Notes under the pieces: model-generated | What the model was told of the DNA's origin: nothing | Database searches by the model: none | What the model saw: the letters and a program-made list of their open reading frames with translations, nothing else | NCBI RefSeq assembly: GCF_000400465.1 | Contig: NW_008806281.1 | Coordinates: forward strand, 144,001-206,000 | DNA: 62,000 nt | Reading direction: 5' to 3' | Source: Wallemia ichthyophaga EXF-994 | Lineage: Eukaryota > Fungi > Basidiomycota | In this document: positions 1-10,757 of the stretch, one piece after another | How positions within the stretch are numbered: position 1 is the first letter of the stretch | How the letters are laid out: every line of letters starts with the position of its first letter | Made by a program: the position numbers and the translations under genes

Positions 1-304
1 TAATGGCAGGGCATAGCGACTGTGAGATCGACGTTCAGTTGCATTTCTCTTTGTGTGGTGGTATCTACGCTGAATTGATATTCGTTGTGTCCATACAGCC
101 ATTCGCCGATTTCATGAAACACAAGCAGCACTAAAGTAAATATAACAACCACTGTCGCTATCCCGCCCCGTTTCGAGCGTATCTGTGAATATGTGAGTTG
201 TGTTGGCCGGTGATGTGTTTGCGTATACGCACCGTGTACGTCGGCTGCGTCTTGGGGAAAGCGTCAAATGTTCTCAACGGCGGCATCGACATTGCAGAGC
301 TCAT
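1..304 (-). CDS. ERV41: ER-Golgi vesicle protein Erv41/ERGIC2 family, 5' part (runs off window start; one intron)
   Basis: Manual translation after removing a GT..CAG intron: MSSAMSMPPLRTFDAFPKTQPTYT|IRSKRGGIATVVVIFTLVLLVFHEIGEWLYG...MQLNVDLTVAMPCH, matching the Erv41/Erv46 N-terminal FDAFPK motif, TM helix and N.D.TV.MPC motif. Confidence 0.85.
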
Positions 305-466
305 TTCAATTGATAGTCACCGTCGCGGTTCAAGGAGATAGCGGGCGCAACCAAGAATGCTACCGTTTAGCGCGTTTGATTGGAATGTTAGTTTTATTGA
401 TAAATTTCATTTGACACGCATTCTCTCGTCTATCTTACAGCCATCTTATAGCCAAGTAGAGACGCT

Positions 467-2142
467 ATGGAATGGGAAGGCGAGGCTAGAATTAAAGGTC
501 CAGAATGGCTACACAAGCCACTGCTCACATTTAGTCTTTTTGGCCTGCAGCTGGTTTGGAGCGTAGAGCTCTCAATGGCCAGCCCATATTTGCAATCCTT
601 AGGCCTATCTAAAGCTTCTATATCTTCTGTCCTCCTAGCAGGGCCACTCAGTGGTCTAGTAATGCAGCCAACGATTGGTGCACTCGCAGACAGCACAAAG
701 TGCAGATTCGGCAGAAGGAAGCCTTATATCATAGCTAGCGTGCTACTCAGTTCCCTGAGCATCCTCCTTCTCGGTTACAGTCGCAAAGTAGCTTCTATTT
801 TCACCACTATCAACACTCAACCCAACGATGACCTCACTATTTACCTTGCTGTTCTTGCCGTATACCTCGTCGACTTTTCCATCAATGCAGTCCAAGCTGC
901 CGATCGAGCACTCATCGTAGATACCCTGCCATCCTTTGAACAGGAAGGCGCAAATGCCTGGGCCAGTCGCATGATCGGTGTTGGTAGCTGCATCGGTTAC
1001 TTCATCGGCAACATCGACCTTACTAGATACCTTTCCATCTTGGGAGACACCCAGCTTGAAATTCTGTCATCACTTGTCGCTTTCTTTGTCGTGGTCACTC
1101 ATTTTCTCACGTGTTTTAGCGTGTCTGAGAGGATCCTCGTGAGAGACCAGGGCACAACCAGCATAAAGCAGGTATTCAAGACTCTCTTTACCACTAAACC
1201 ACCTCCCAGAGTACGCAAGTTGTGCATAATACAATTCTTCGCTTCAATGGGATGGTTCCCAGTCATGTTCTGGTCAACTTCTTACATTGGAGAGCTCTAT
1301 CTGGATGATAGTAGCCTGAGTGATGCTGATAGCCGGACAGCAGATGAGGCGACGCGAGTTGGTACGCGCGCCATGCTGTTTCAGGCTATCGTGTCTTTTT
1401 CAACCGCTGTCATACTCCCTACACTCATAATACCACTTGTCAAGCCCCAGGGAACTGTACAAAAGACCCGTAATACACTCTCGAAGCTCATAAAAAAGCT
1501 TTTACGGCCATCGCTATTGGATCTGTCTTCTGTGAGGGAATTGCGGCTGAAACGACACTCCAATTCTAACAATATTTGCAGATGTATACCATGTCTCACA
1601 TTGTCTTCGCGGTAGCCATCTTTAGTGCTAGCTTCTCGTCTTCTTACGTCGTTTCGTCGGCAATGGTTGCTGTTGTTGGATGCACTTGGGCGCTCGCCCA
1701 ATGGGCGCCTTTTTCTCTTCTAGGCGAGAGCATACTCTTGGATGCGAAGAATGGGGAAATAATGTACGATGCGGAAGACGTCGAAAGAGAAGTACTGTTT
1801 GATAGCAATAGTTCTAGCACCGAGCATTTGCATCCACCATTACCCCTCCAAGCCCCGCCAAACGCCATCGACGTCACTTCGTCAAGCCAAGCTGGTGTCA
1901 TGCTTGGTATACTGAACGTATCTACGGTCGTACCTCAGTTTTTGATTACTGCAATCTCGTCGTTTATCTTCTCCTTCATAGAGCCGAAGAAAAATGGTCT
2001 TGAGCATAGATCGGCTGGTGCTGATTTCGAAAACACTAATACAAGAGGTATAGGGATAATCATGCGGATAGGTGCATGCGCGGCACTCGTGGCGGCTATT
2101 TTGAGCTACAGATTTACCAAGGATAGGTTGTCTCGTAGATGA
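467..2142 (+). CDS. MFS sucrose/alpha-glucoside transporter (Sut1/SLC45-like)
   Basis: ORFs 467-1615 and 1576-2142 join in frame through a 50-nt intron at 1532-1581 (GTGAGG..CTAAC..GCAG); motifs LAGPLSGLVMQPTIGALAD, FGRRKPY, RALIVD, GILNVSTVVPQ. Confidence 0.88.
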
Positions 2143-2254
2143 AGGCCATAATGAAACATGGATAAGTTGGATAATCTGTATAATTTAAGTACATTGATCA
2201 TTAAGGTATATATTGCGATGTTTCGTGCAACGTGTGTCGGTGCATTCTTCATTC

Positions 2255-2837
2255 TCAACTTTCAACCTCACTCTTCATACTCTCATTAATAGCGTATTCG
2301 GCAATCAAGCATAGTTCTTTGTACTGCAGCTCCTCTAAGACCTTCTTTGCTTCTGGGCTATTCGACAACTCTATCTCCTCCACCTTGTCGACCACCTTGG
2401 CTGGCTGAAGTTTAGCGTTATATACTTGCTGTAGCAGTGGATGCTTCACTCTCGCAAACCACCTGTACACAGTTCGTCAGCGTGGCGACTTTGACTTCGG
2501 ATGCAAATGAACCGACCATTTGGAATTCCAGAAATCACCTTCTCTCCTATGCACAATGGCATGCAAATAATCGAGCAACGAATCGCCTTGGTTCATTTCA
2601 GCGTAGTAGTGTGTGCTTTTTATATCGTCATTGAGCATGTGCAGTGCTGCGCAGGGGTAAGTCGGCTGTGCGAGAAATTCAAAGACCCCACTAACAAGCT
2701 TTTACATGAAAACTGGCAGCGAGTTTATCAATGTCGCCCGTTAGAGGCGGATAGTACACTTCTTGGTCGAGGTTGAGTGCCGGAAGCGGGTCGCGCTGTG
2801 ATAGTTGGTCGTATATCATTCGAACTGTTCTTGTCAT
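2255..2837 (-). CDS. Conserved hypothetical protein (LHAIVHRREGDFWNSKWWF motif), 2 introns
   Basis: Spliced reading ALHMLNDDIKSTHYYAEMNQGDSLLDYLHAIVHRREGDFWNSK|WWFARVKHPLL; both introns have GT..CAG ends. Confidence 0.7.
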
Positions 2838-3437
2838 TATCCTTTTTTCTCGTATTCTCGACCCGGGGAAATTAGATTTCGGTGCGATGGTTGTCGAAGT
2901 AAAAGGAAAAGTTGTGTTGACACTTGTTGCACAGTGTAAACTTTCTTATTGGCTTTTCTTTAGGCTTTGATATAAGTTTGGTTTGCTCAATTTTTGCCCA
3001 CGTAAACCTGTTCTCCTGATTGAAATTCGAAATTCCAAAAGTCCGGTTTCCTATGAGGTCATTTCTTTCTGAGAAAAGTCACGTTAATTTTTGATCAATT
3101 TTGTTTGAAGCTATGCTATTATATGCTAGTATGGCTGCTTTATCTTTTATGAGTACCCCGACACAGGTGTCTCGGCGTGACTCGGAATTAATTAAGATGA
3201 AAGATTTGAGGACTCAGACCCAGACTCAGTTCCGGAACAATTCAAAGGGCTATAAATATGAAACAATTGGTTGATTGTCTCAGAAATTGGTTTGTTGGCT
3301 TATATCAGTCTTTCTAAAACTTTGATTGGCAAGCTGATCTCTTCATCACAGCTTTATTTCGACAACTTTTCCGCAACAGCAAATTGAAGCTAACTTGAAA
3401 CAACCTAAGTAGCTCTTTCTTTAAACTGATACCTCCT

Positions 3438-3845
3438 GATGATGATGATGATGATGAGATCTGATTATATTGTTAAGACGATACATGTTAGAAACTGCGT
3501 CATCAATACTTCTTATAGCATGAGGAGTCAAAAGGGGTGCTGAAATTACTGGAAGCTTTTCTTAATTCGTAATTCGTGAATTGTTGGTGATTCTCAATTA
3601 CGCTGAATCACCGGAGTATCTTTGGTACGTAGTCAATTGCGGTTTGAAGGATTCGTACAGGGCTTGTAGAGAGCGTGAATTTCTGTGTATTGATCCTAAT
3701 TCGAACCGAGTATTGATCTTGGTAATCTTTCTTCTTAATGTGATTCTGGCCATTTTATGTCTTTTGCAGACGAAAGTTCTATGGGAGATGTTGTCCTCTG
3801 TGCCACACGCACAGCATTGAGGCAAATTGATCAGTCGGAAACGGC
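3438..3845 (-). mobile_element. 5'-truncated non-LTR retrotransposon (LINE, Tad1/I-like) 3' end, copy E1
   Basis: Encodes the ORF2 C-terminal zinc knuckle CCACGTEDNISHRTFVC (C-x2-C-x7-H-x4-C), then a ~140-nt 3' UTR and an (ATC)6 tail; flanked by the 12-bp direct repeat CTGATACCTCCT at 3426-3437 and 3846-3857; ~86% identical (35 mismatches/247 nt, no gaps in the ORF) to 53160-53406. Confidence 0.88.
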
Positions 3846-3946
3846 CTGATACCTCCTTCGTCACGTATCTTAAACTATTATAAGGTCGATAATAATAACT
3901 GATAAACTTAAAATTTTACCAGCTAAGTTAGCGTAACGGTTCCACC

Positions 3947-4056
3947 GCGGCATGGGTCCGATGGTAAGATTCTATCTTAGGGTTAGTAGAAGTTGAGGCA
4001 AGCGCCTCCTTTTAATAAGCCTGATAGCGAACCGGGTTCGATTCCCGGGTGCCGCC
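3947..4056 (+). tRNA. tRNA-Pro(AGG) with 39-nt intron (3983-4021); non-canonical G8, G14, A15, A48
   Basis: Acceptor stem GCGGCAT/GTGCCGC plus C73; anticodon stem CTATC/GATAG with loop TT-AGG-G; T-arm CCGGG-TTCGATT-CCCGG; T6 run downstream. Confidence 0.82.
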
Positions 4057-4059
4057 GTC

Positions 4060-4065
4060 TTTTTT
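4060..4065 (+). terminator. RNA polymerase III terminator of tRNA-Pro
   Basis: TTTTTT 3 nt after the tRNA 3' end. Confidence 0.75.
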
Positions 4066-4924
4066 ATTTTTTTCTTTATTGAGTAACCCTAGACCTATGT
4101 GGCCTATTAGGACTGTGCGCAAGAAATTACTTTCCGATTATGTGCAAAGCCCAATGCCAGCAAATAAGCAATCAAGTCTGTTGACACGCTGCGTCATCTG
4201 TCGTTGAAGTCGAACGCGATCAAATAATATGGGCTGAGTTAACGCCAAGACCATCATCAGCCTGGGCGTAAAATGTCTCAGCCGGATATTGCAGCACAGT
4301 TGCACAATCAATAGCTTAGCTAACGCTGCATGAGTACCCTGCTCCCCACTCTCTGAAACCACTCACTTCTGTAACATGAAGATGGAACTAGATAGCGGAG
4401 TTTGGGTGTTGATAGCATTTAGTGAGCTCATATATGTTCTAACTCCAGATGGCTAAAATCAAAAATAGTAATCACAATCATTGTTTGCGTGTTTGGTATT
4501 GTCCTGGCAATGCTTCTCAAGCTGTATCTATTCAAGAAAAGTGGTGGACAGCATATTATCCCGGATGAGACAAGCACTCATGACAAAGAGATGGCAATGC
4601 ACTGTAGTGAAGATCTTCAGAATTCTACACTTATTCAAATCTTTAGAGACTTAGAATAAGTTATATTCGATGTACAAAAAGCAAAGAGTGAAGTGATGCC
4701 GGCGTGTATATCAGGAACTGTGATTAATTGATTTTGTTAGCATATGAGAGGCGTGTGTGTCATATCTGTGATTAAATCATCTCTTAAAGTATGAAGAGCC
4801 AATTTGTAGCTAGAACGGCTTCTTAGTATAAAGAAGAGTAATTTTAAGTGAAGTGAAATGACGTGGTCCGAGTGGTGTGTGTGGATGTGTGTTTATGTTT
4901 GCATTGTGGTGATTTGCAAAGCTA

Positions 4925-7005
4925 TCAATGTGCTTGCCCAATGGCACTGTCAATATAGAACCCTTGCAAACTATCTTCAATCGTCATCAGGTCGTTATCG
5001 TCAGACTCCTCGAGCTTGATATACGGTGAATGTGATTTGAACTTGTGTGAATGTAGGTCGTTAGGAGGCAGAGAATGTGGCGAGAATATTTCAGTATGAT
5101 ATAACTTGTCAGCTTCTGCACTTAGTATGTCGCCAGATGATAGCGAAATGCGCTCGTCTTGATCCGCCGAGCGCGGTGTGTGCGGTGTGTGCGGTGTGTG
5201 CGATGCATAAGCCATCCGTGGCGAGTATAGCGGGTGTACCAGCGAGTACAGCTGCTCTTCCCGCGCGGGCGGTATCGGCAATTCAATGTCCTTCGTGTCT
5301 GGTGTTTGGACGGCAGACGGAGGATTAGAATGGGAGTGGGAGTGGGAATGTAGAGAGCACGCTGCCTTTTGCAAGATCGAGACTTCATCTTCCGTGTCGA
5401 TAGTGCCAAGTGGCGTACCCAGCTCGACGACTTCTTCGCTCTCTTTTAACGAAGTGCCAGTTGGGGTTCCAAGCTCTTCGACTACATCATCTTGCTCGAT
5501 CTGTTCAAGATACCGCTCTTCCTGGGCAAATGAAGCACTCCTGTCATAGACACTCCGCATCACTCCTTCCTCCTCCCGAGGGTCTTCCGTGTGACGATGT
5601 AAATTTCCACTTTCATGTGAGTGAGTTGACGCTTTAGTTGATGAATAAGCTATCGACGTTTCGAATGAGTTTCTAGGCGTAGGTTGTTGGTTATCGTTAG
5701 CACCATAATTGAAAACACGGATAGGTTTGCGAGGGATGGAGAATTGGTCTGATTCGAAGGACATTTGGTGCCTAGGTTGCGGTCCCGAATTGAAGTGAAG
5801 AGGGAGCTGAACCTCTTCAACTGATATAATAGACTTGCATTCGGGTTGAGGGTGCTGTGGTTCGACGTGGTCTAAAGGTTGAGTGGGTTGAACAGCTTCG
5901 GTAGATTCAGTAAGTTCCTCTGTATTTTTCATACTGCGAAGAAGCGAAGAATGCCTTTTTTCAATGGATATCCCTCCACTTGTTCTTCTGCTTGCTCTCT
6001 CCCTCGCTCGTCCTCTTGATGGCAGTTGTTCACGTTCTTCGGTATTCTCTTCCTCGTGACTATCACCTAAAATCTTTGATTCACGTCTTTCTGGGGAGTA
6101 TCCTGAAGGGTCTTGAATTACATAATGTTCAGGGTTTGTTCGCGGCGTCTCAGAGTTGCCGAAGTTGCCGAGACTCTCGGCGGGAAACTGATGGGCACGA
6201 AGCATGCTAGAGTTCGAGGAAAGAGGCTGCCTTTCGGCCATAGATTCATCCTCTTCCTTGAGTGGTTCGACTGGAGAGATCGTAAGTTGGGAGTTGTGCA
6301 TATGGAACAACCACACTTACCAGTACTCAACCAAGCCTGTATAGGTTCCCAATCGTCGTGAATATCTTTCATTGGGTGCTCATTGATAGTGGGTATCTGA
6401 TCATTATCTGCAGCAACGGAGCTAAATCTTTGAGGTACGGCAAAATGAGTAGCCGGAGAAGTGGGCAGGCTGGACATGGATGGCTTCCTAAGGTTAGTCG
6501 ATGAAAAGGCCTTCCTTGGGAAATTGAATAGACTGAGCGTGTTCCTCTTCCGCACACCAGAAAATTGTGATTGAGAATGACTTGTATTTCTTTTAAGTGA
6601 TTGAATTGTATGCCAAAGAGAGGAGCTTCTCTTATCTGTTGATTTGTTTGAAGAAGAATGCTGACTTTGACTAGATTGTCGGTTTCGCAGCCGCTCTTGT
6701 TCCTGCTGCTGCTGCACGGTCAAACTCGATGCACGCGACGGCACCGGTGGTTGAGCTTCCGGCCTCACTAGCGATGACTGCCTGTTTGGTATATAAGAGG
6801 ACGGTAGTGGTACGTTGAATGTGTTTTTCGGTGGGTTTGATGTATCCTCGATGCTCTCGCTGCTCTCGCTTGGATCCCCATCCGAACCGGACGGCGGTGT
6901 GAGATCGCTGGGAGCAGGTGACGGTGTTCGCGATGCACTCTTTGGCCGTCTTGCAGATCGTTGTGGTCTCGCTGGCCTCTTCTGAGGCACCTCGAGATTG
7001 CTCAT
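4925..7005 (-). CDS. Hypothetical Ser/Pro/Glu-rich disordered protein, 1 intron
   Basis: ORFs 6118-7005 and 4925-6316 join in frame through a GTAAGT..CTTAC..CTCCAG intron at ~6272-6321; no recognisable domain. Confidence 0.7.
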
Positions 7006-7158
7006 GGTGGAGGTGTAACTTCAAGTGGAAGGAGCGCGGAAAAACAAAGCGTTAATTTGGTCAATCAGGAACTCTGATGTTGTATATGTTAGTAGATCAT
7101 TTGGTGCTGGAGTGTAATCGCTACAAACGCGTATAACCGGTCTCTTAATCGTGCAGCC

Positions 7159-8429
7159 ATGACGCTCGGATATGCAAAGTTACAGGATGGACGGATAGAC
7201 GGTGCAGATGGTGCAGGTGGTGTGGACAGCACGCATGAGCCACCGCACACGATCCACTCCAACTGGAACAAGGCTGATGCAAATCTCGAGGAAATCACGC
7301 TGGACGATCTCAGCGAGCCAGTCGAGCCAGCGCCACTGAAGCGCTCCCTGATAGCCGGATGCGGGCCACTCGGGCGCAACTACACTCCCAGCTCCATCTA
7401 CGAGTCTGCGGCCCCCGTTGAAGCCGTCAAAGTGGCATTAGACAATGGTCGGTGGCGGCTTATAAACTGTGGAAATCGAACGCTCTCTCTTACATTGCAT
7501 ACACAGGTGTGCGTGCTTTCGATAACGCCCCTCACTACGCACCCGCCGAAGCCGTTCTCGGCCGGGCGCTTAACATCCTCGAGCCATTGCACCCGAGGCA
7601 CACATACACGCTCATCACCAAAGTCGGTCATTACGGCGATGAGGTCAATTACAGTGAGGCGCGTATTCACGAATCTCTCCGCAGATCGTTTGCATATCTC
7701 AACACGGACTACCTAGATATCGTCTACCTCCACGATGTCGAGTTCGTAGCGGAGGCGATAGCTGATATCAACGAGGCTGGTCAGCCAACAAGAGTGCTCG
7801 ACAATCTCCAAAAGTACAATTTGACTGGTGAGCCGAGGATACTGGGCAAGGGCGACGAAGAGGTGCTCAACGCCCTACGGATACTCAACGGGTATAAGAA
7901 AAAAGGCAAAATACGCAATATAGGCGTTTCCGCACTACCCTTACCAACACTGCTGCGTGTTTCTAGGTTGGCTATTAGCCACCTCGGAAAAGATTCACTG
8001 CAGTATGTCATGTCGTATGCTAATCATGGCCCTCAAGCGCTCGCTCCACCCAGCTATATCCAAACCAATTTTGAAGCATTCGAGGGGCTGTTTGATGACA
8101 GTATCTCTCTCGTCACTGCTAGTCCGTTCGCTATGGGCTTGCTCACTCCTCAAGGCCCCCCAGACTGGCATCCTGCGCCAGATGGTCTCAAAGATACTGC
8201 AAAACGCACAGTGAAAGCGTTGGGCCAGGAGGCTAGCAAAGCTGCGGCGAGCTTCTCTATGCGCAAATATACAACTGTCAGCGGTTGGCAGAATGCAGAT
8301 GAGGTAAAACAGGGTCTGGAGGCGTACCATGACTCAAAAGCCAGCGAAAGTGACTTGGAGAGAAAGCTCGTTGATGCCTTCATAAAGTCTGGATGGAGTG
8401 GCTATGTTTGGAGTAGCGGAAGGGTGTAG
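7159..8429 (+). CDS. Aldo/keto reductase, D-arabinose 1-dehydrogenase (Ara2-like)
   Basis: ORFs 7159-7716 and 7452-8429 join through an intron at ~7448-7506; AKR motifs GVRAFDNAPHY, ITKVG, SLRRSFAYLNTDYLDIVYLHDVEF, GKIRNIGVS. Confidence 0.85.
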
Positions 8430-8541
8430 CTGTAGTGAATAGAATTTATAGAATACTGAGAGTGTACCTAGACAATGATATGAAATAGCGAGCTTAATTG
8501 TTTTGATGAAGTTTCTAAAACAAAACGATTGCAAAAATATT

Positions 8542-8614
8542 AGCCCCACGCGGGGCTCGAACCCGCAGCCTTGTGATTAAGAGTCACACGCTCTACCGAT
8601 TGAGCTAGCAAGGC
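8542..8614 (-). tRNA. tRNA-Lys(CTT), intronless
   Basis: Reverse complement GCCTTGCTAGCTCAATCGGTAGAGCGTGTGACTCTTAATCACAAGGCTGCGGGTTCGAGCCCCGCGTGGGGCT forms a canonical cloverleaf; identical to 53941-54013. Confidence 0.96.
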
Positions 8615-9692
8615 TGTTAATAGCGTTCTCAACAATTTACAATATAATCTTAATTTGTGCAAAAGCAAAGATGTCACAAGGCATCAAATTTTGACATTAT
8701 AGACGTCAAAATCACACAATAATAGACAAGTTCGACAAAATTTCTACTTTGATGCTTTAGTGAGTAAAAACGAGTAATAGTTGCAAATATGACGGTTATC
8801 TCATCAAAACAACAAAAAGAGGCATTCTGCAGTATCTTTGAAAGTATAAGTGCTCTTCTGTAGCTGAAATATGCTGCTTAGTGTAATAAAAGCTCTATGA
8901 GCATAGTAATAACCTTCCAATAACAGTTTGAACTCAGTCGATTTTCGAGGAGATGACATATTCAAGAGTGTTCTTAAAGTCATACAAAAATATCATTAAA
9001 GCAACACGATACTGTCTCAATGAACCCAAGACTGATTTAAAAGTTCATGATATTGATGTGTTAACGCCTCAAATACCCAAGAAAATAATGGGTACCTGTG
9101 ACGCAAAAAAATGATTGAAATTCCAAATTGCTTGTTGTATCTACCACTACTTCACTTGTAGCACTTTTAGTCACCGATCTGAATCACCTCTGCACGTGCA
9201 TCAATGATATCACGAGAGTCATAATATCAGAGTGAAGACTTAGTGATTCAAGCCATGCTAGGTTCAAGAAAAGGAAAACCTTAGATTGCTTAATTTATCA
9301 TCAAATTCTTCCTATAAACGTGTTCAATGGGTTAGGTGTTGTTTAGCGCTCTGCAATGGTTACAATGGTTTTGGCATGTCTCAGAGATAGACATTTGAAA
9401 AAGAGAAATACACACTCCTAAAACCCTGAGAGGCACAAATTCTTAAAATTGGCCTTATATTCTGTAAATTGCCGATACATGCTTTTGTACCTGAGTCGTG
9501 CAGCGAGCGATTCACAAGGCGTTTTGTGCCAAATAATTGAGCCGCACCAATTTATCACAGGTATCTCGACAGGGGGACGTAAAGCATAATAAATAAAGAA
9601 AGAACAAAAGAGTGAAACGTGAGAGTGAGTGAAGGGTATAGACAATTCTCGTAAACAGAAATATCGTTATTAAGCTCAAGTAGCAGATAAGA

Positions 9693-10757
9693 CTAACTAG
9701 CAGAATCGATCGACTGCCTCCTCTCAGAGGCTGTGATGAAACTAGCAGCAGTGGTAGCAATAGTAGTAGAGCTCTTCTTATAATTAGAAGCAGGATTATT
9801 GTAAACTAAATCAGGACTGCGGATAGGATTGAGCGGACTAGTGCCAATGTTGTAGCTACGGAGAGATTGAGTGGTGTTTGAATCGAAACTTTCTCGGCGA
9901 CTGTTAGGTGCCAGAGCTCTAGTGGAGAATTCGTCGTCATCGAGTTTGAGTGAGGAGTGCAGGCTAGATTTAGTGATAGAATTTGAGTTGTCATTGTGGT
10001 AAATTCTTCCAGCGTTTGAAGAAGCGAGAGTCATGATTGAAGCGTCGTCATTAGGGGGAGAGAGAGGACGTGGATTGTTGTGTAGTTGAGGACGTGTGTA
10101 CGTGGGAGGGGTGTTGTAAGAGATCTGGGCGTTGTGAGAGTTGTAAGAGGAGTTCGGATTAAAATGAGGAGAAGACGGAGAAGCCTGGGCGATTTGAGCG
10201 ACTTGATGAGATTCTAAAGAGGATCTATCGTGTGGATCGATGGATAGCAGAGTAGTTGGCTTAGTACTGGCTTTAGAAATAAAAGTATTCGATTCGTTGT
10301 CGTCGTCGTCGTTGTCTGGATGATCGGTGTTAAGAGTGGAATGAGAATGAGTATCTGGATCGCTGTCAATGGAGTTGGAAGTGAAGCTGATGGACTTCTT
10401 GCTATTGAGGGGTTTTAAGCTTGCGTCATCGTCTGCGCCGTTGTGTGGGCCGATTGAAGATTCTGGGTAATTTGATCGCTTGATAGTGGAGAATGAGGTG
10501 TGGTTGACGACGCCATTGAGAGTGGACCTGCGCTTAGAAGATGGCTTTGGCGTATCGTGTAGCTCGTAATCGTAAGCAAAACCGGGGGCAGGGGGAACAT
10601 TAGTGGAAGAGCGTCTACCAAGGCGTTTACTCAGCCAATTGATGATTGGCTTCCGATCTTTCTTTTTAGTGGCTGAGATTGGAGTGGTGGTGGGTGTTGT
10701 GTGTGGTTGTTGCTGTTGCTGTTGTTGTTGCTGCTCTCTCTCCTCAGAAGATCTCAT
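9693..10757 (-). CDS. Hypothetical Ser/Asn-rich protein with N-terminal polyQ
   Basis: Intronless ORF of ~354 aa from ATG 10757; low complexity; DDASIMTLASS motif; no assignable domain. Confidence 0.7.
   Translation of the reverse strand: MRSSEEREQQQQQQQQQPHTTPTTTPISATKKKDRKPIINWLSKRLGRRSSTNVPPAPGFAYDYELHDTPKPSSKRRSTLNGVVNHTSFSTIKRSNYPESSIGPHNGADDDASLKPLNSKKSISFTSNSIDSDPDTHSHSTLNTDHPDNDDDDNESNTFISKASTKPTTLLSIDPHDRSSLESHQVAQIAQASPSSPHFNPNSSYNSHNAQISYNTPPTYTRPQLHNNPRPLSPPNDDASIMTLASSNAGRIYHNDNSNSITKSSLHSSLKLDDDEFSTRALAPNSRRESFDSNTTQSLRSYNIGTSPLNPIRSPDLVYNNPASNYKKSSTTIATTAASFITASERRQSIDSAS

Noticed and set aside
2985-3095. Sm-site-like AATTTTTG motifs suggesting an snRNA
   Set aside because: No U1/U2/U4/U5 signature sequences or supporting stems nearby; the context is AT-rich.
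3977-3986. TTAGGGTTAG telomere-like repeat
   Set aside because: It is simply the tRNA-Pro anticodon loop (TT-AGG-G) plus the start of the intron, under two units long.
4447-4659. Reading frame with a TM-like segment (KIVITIIVCVFGIVLAMLLKLYLF)
   Set aside because: No convincing start codon or spliceable upstream exon was found, and no homology is recognisable.
467-8429. Apparent frameshifts between overlapping ORF pairs (467/1576, 6118/4925, 7159/7452; likewise 31115/31761, 49543/50390)
   Set aside because: The first three are resolved by ~50-60 nt GT-AG introns that I checked restore the frame; the other two are very likely the same but were not traced base by base. No programmed frameshifting is needed.
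8625-8700. Weak resemblance to LINE 3' UTR blocks (AACAATTTACAATATAATC; GCATC..TTTGAC) upstream of the minus-strand tRNA-Lys
   Set aside because: The matches are short, in AT-rich DNA, with wrong spacing and no ORF remnant, tail or TSD. This tRNA is treated as an empty site.
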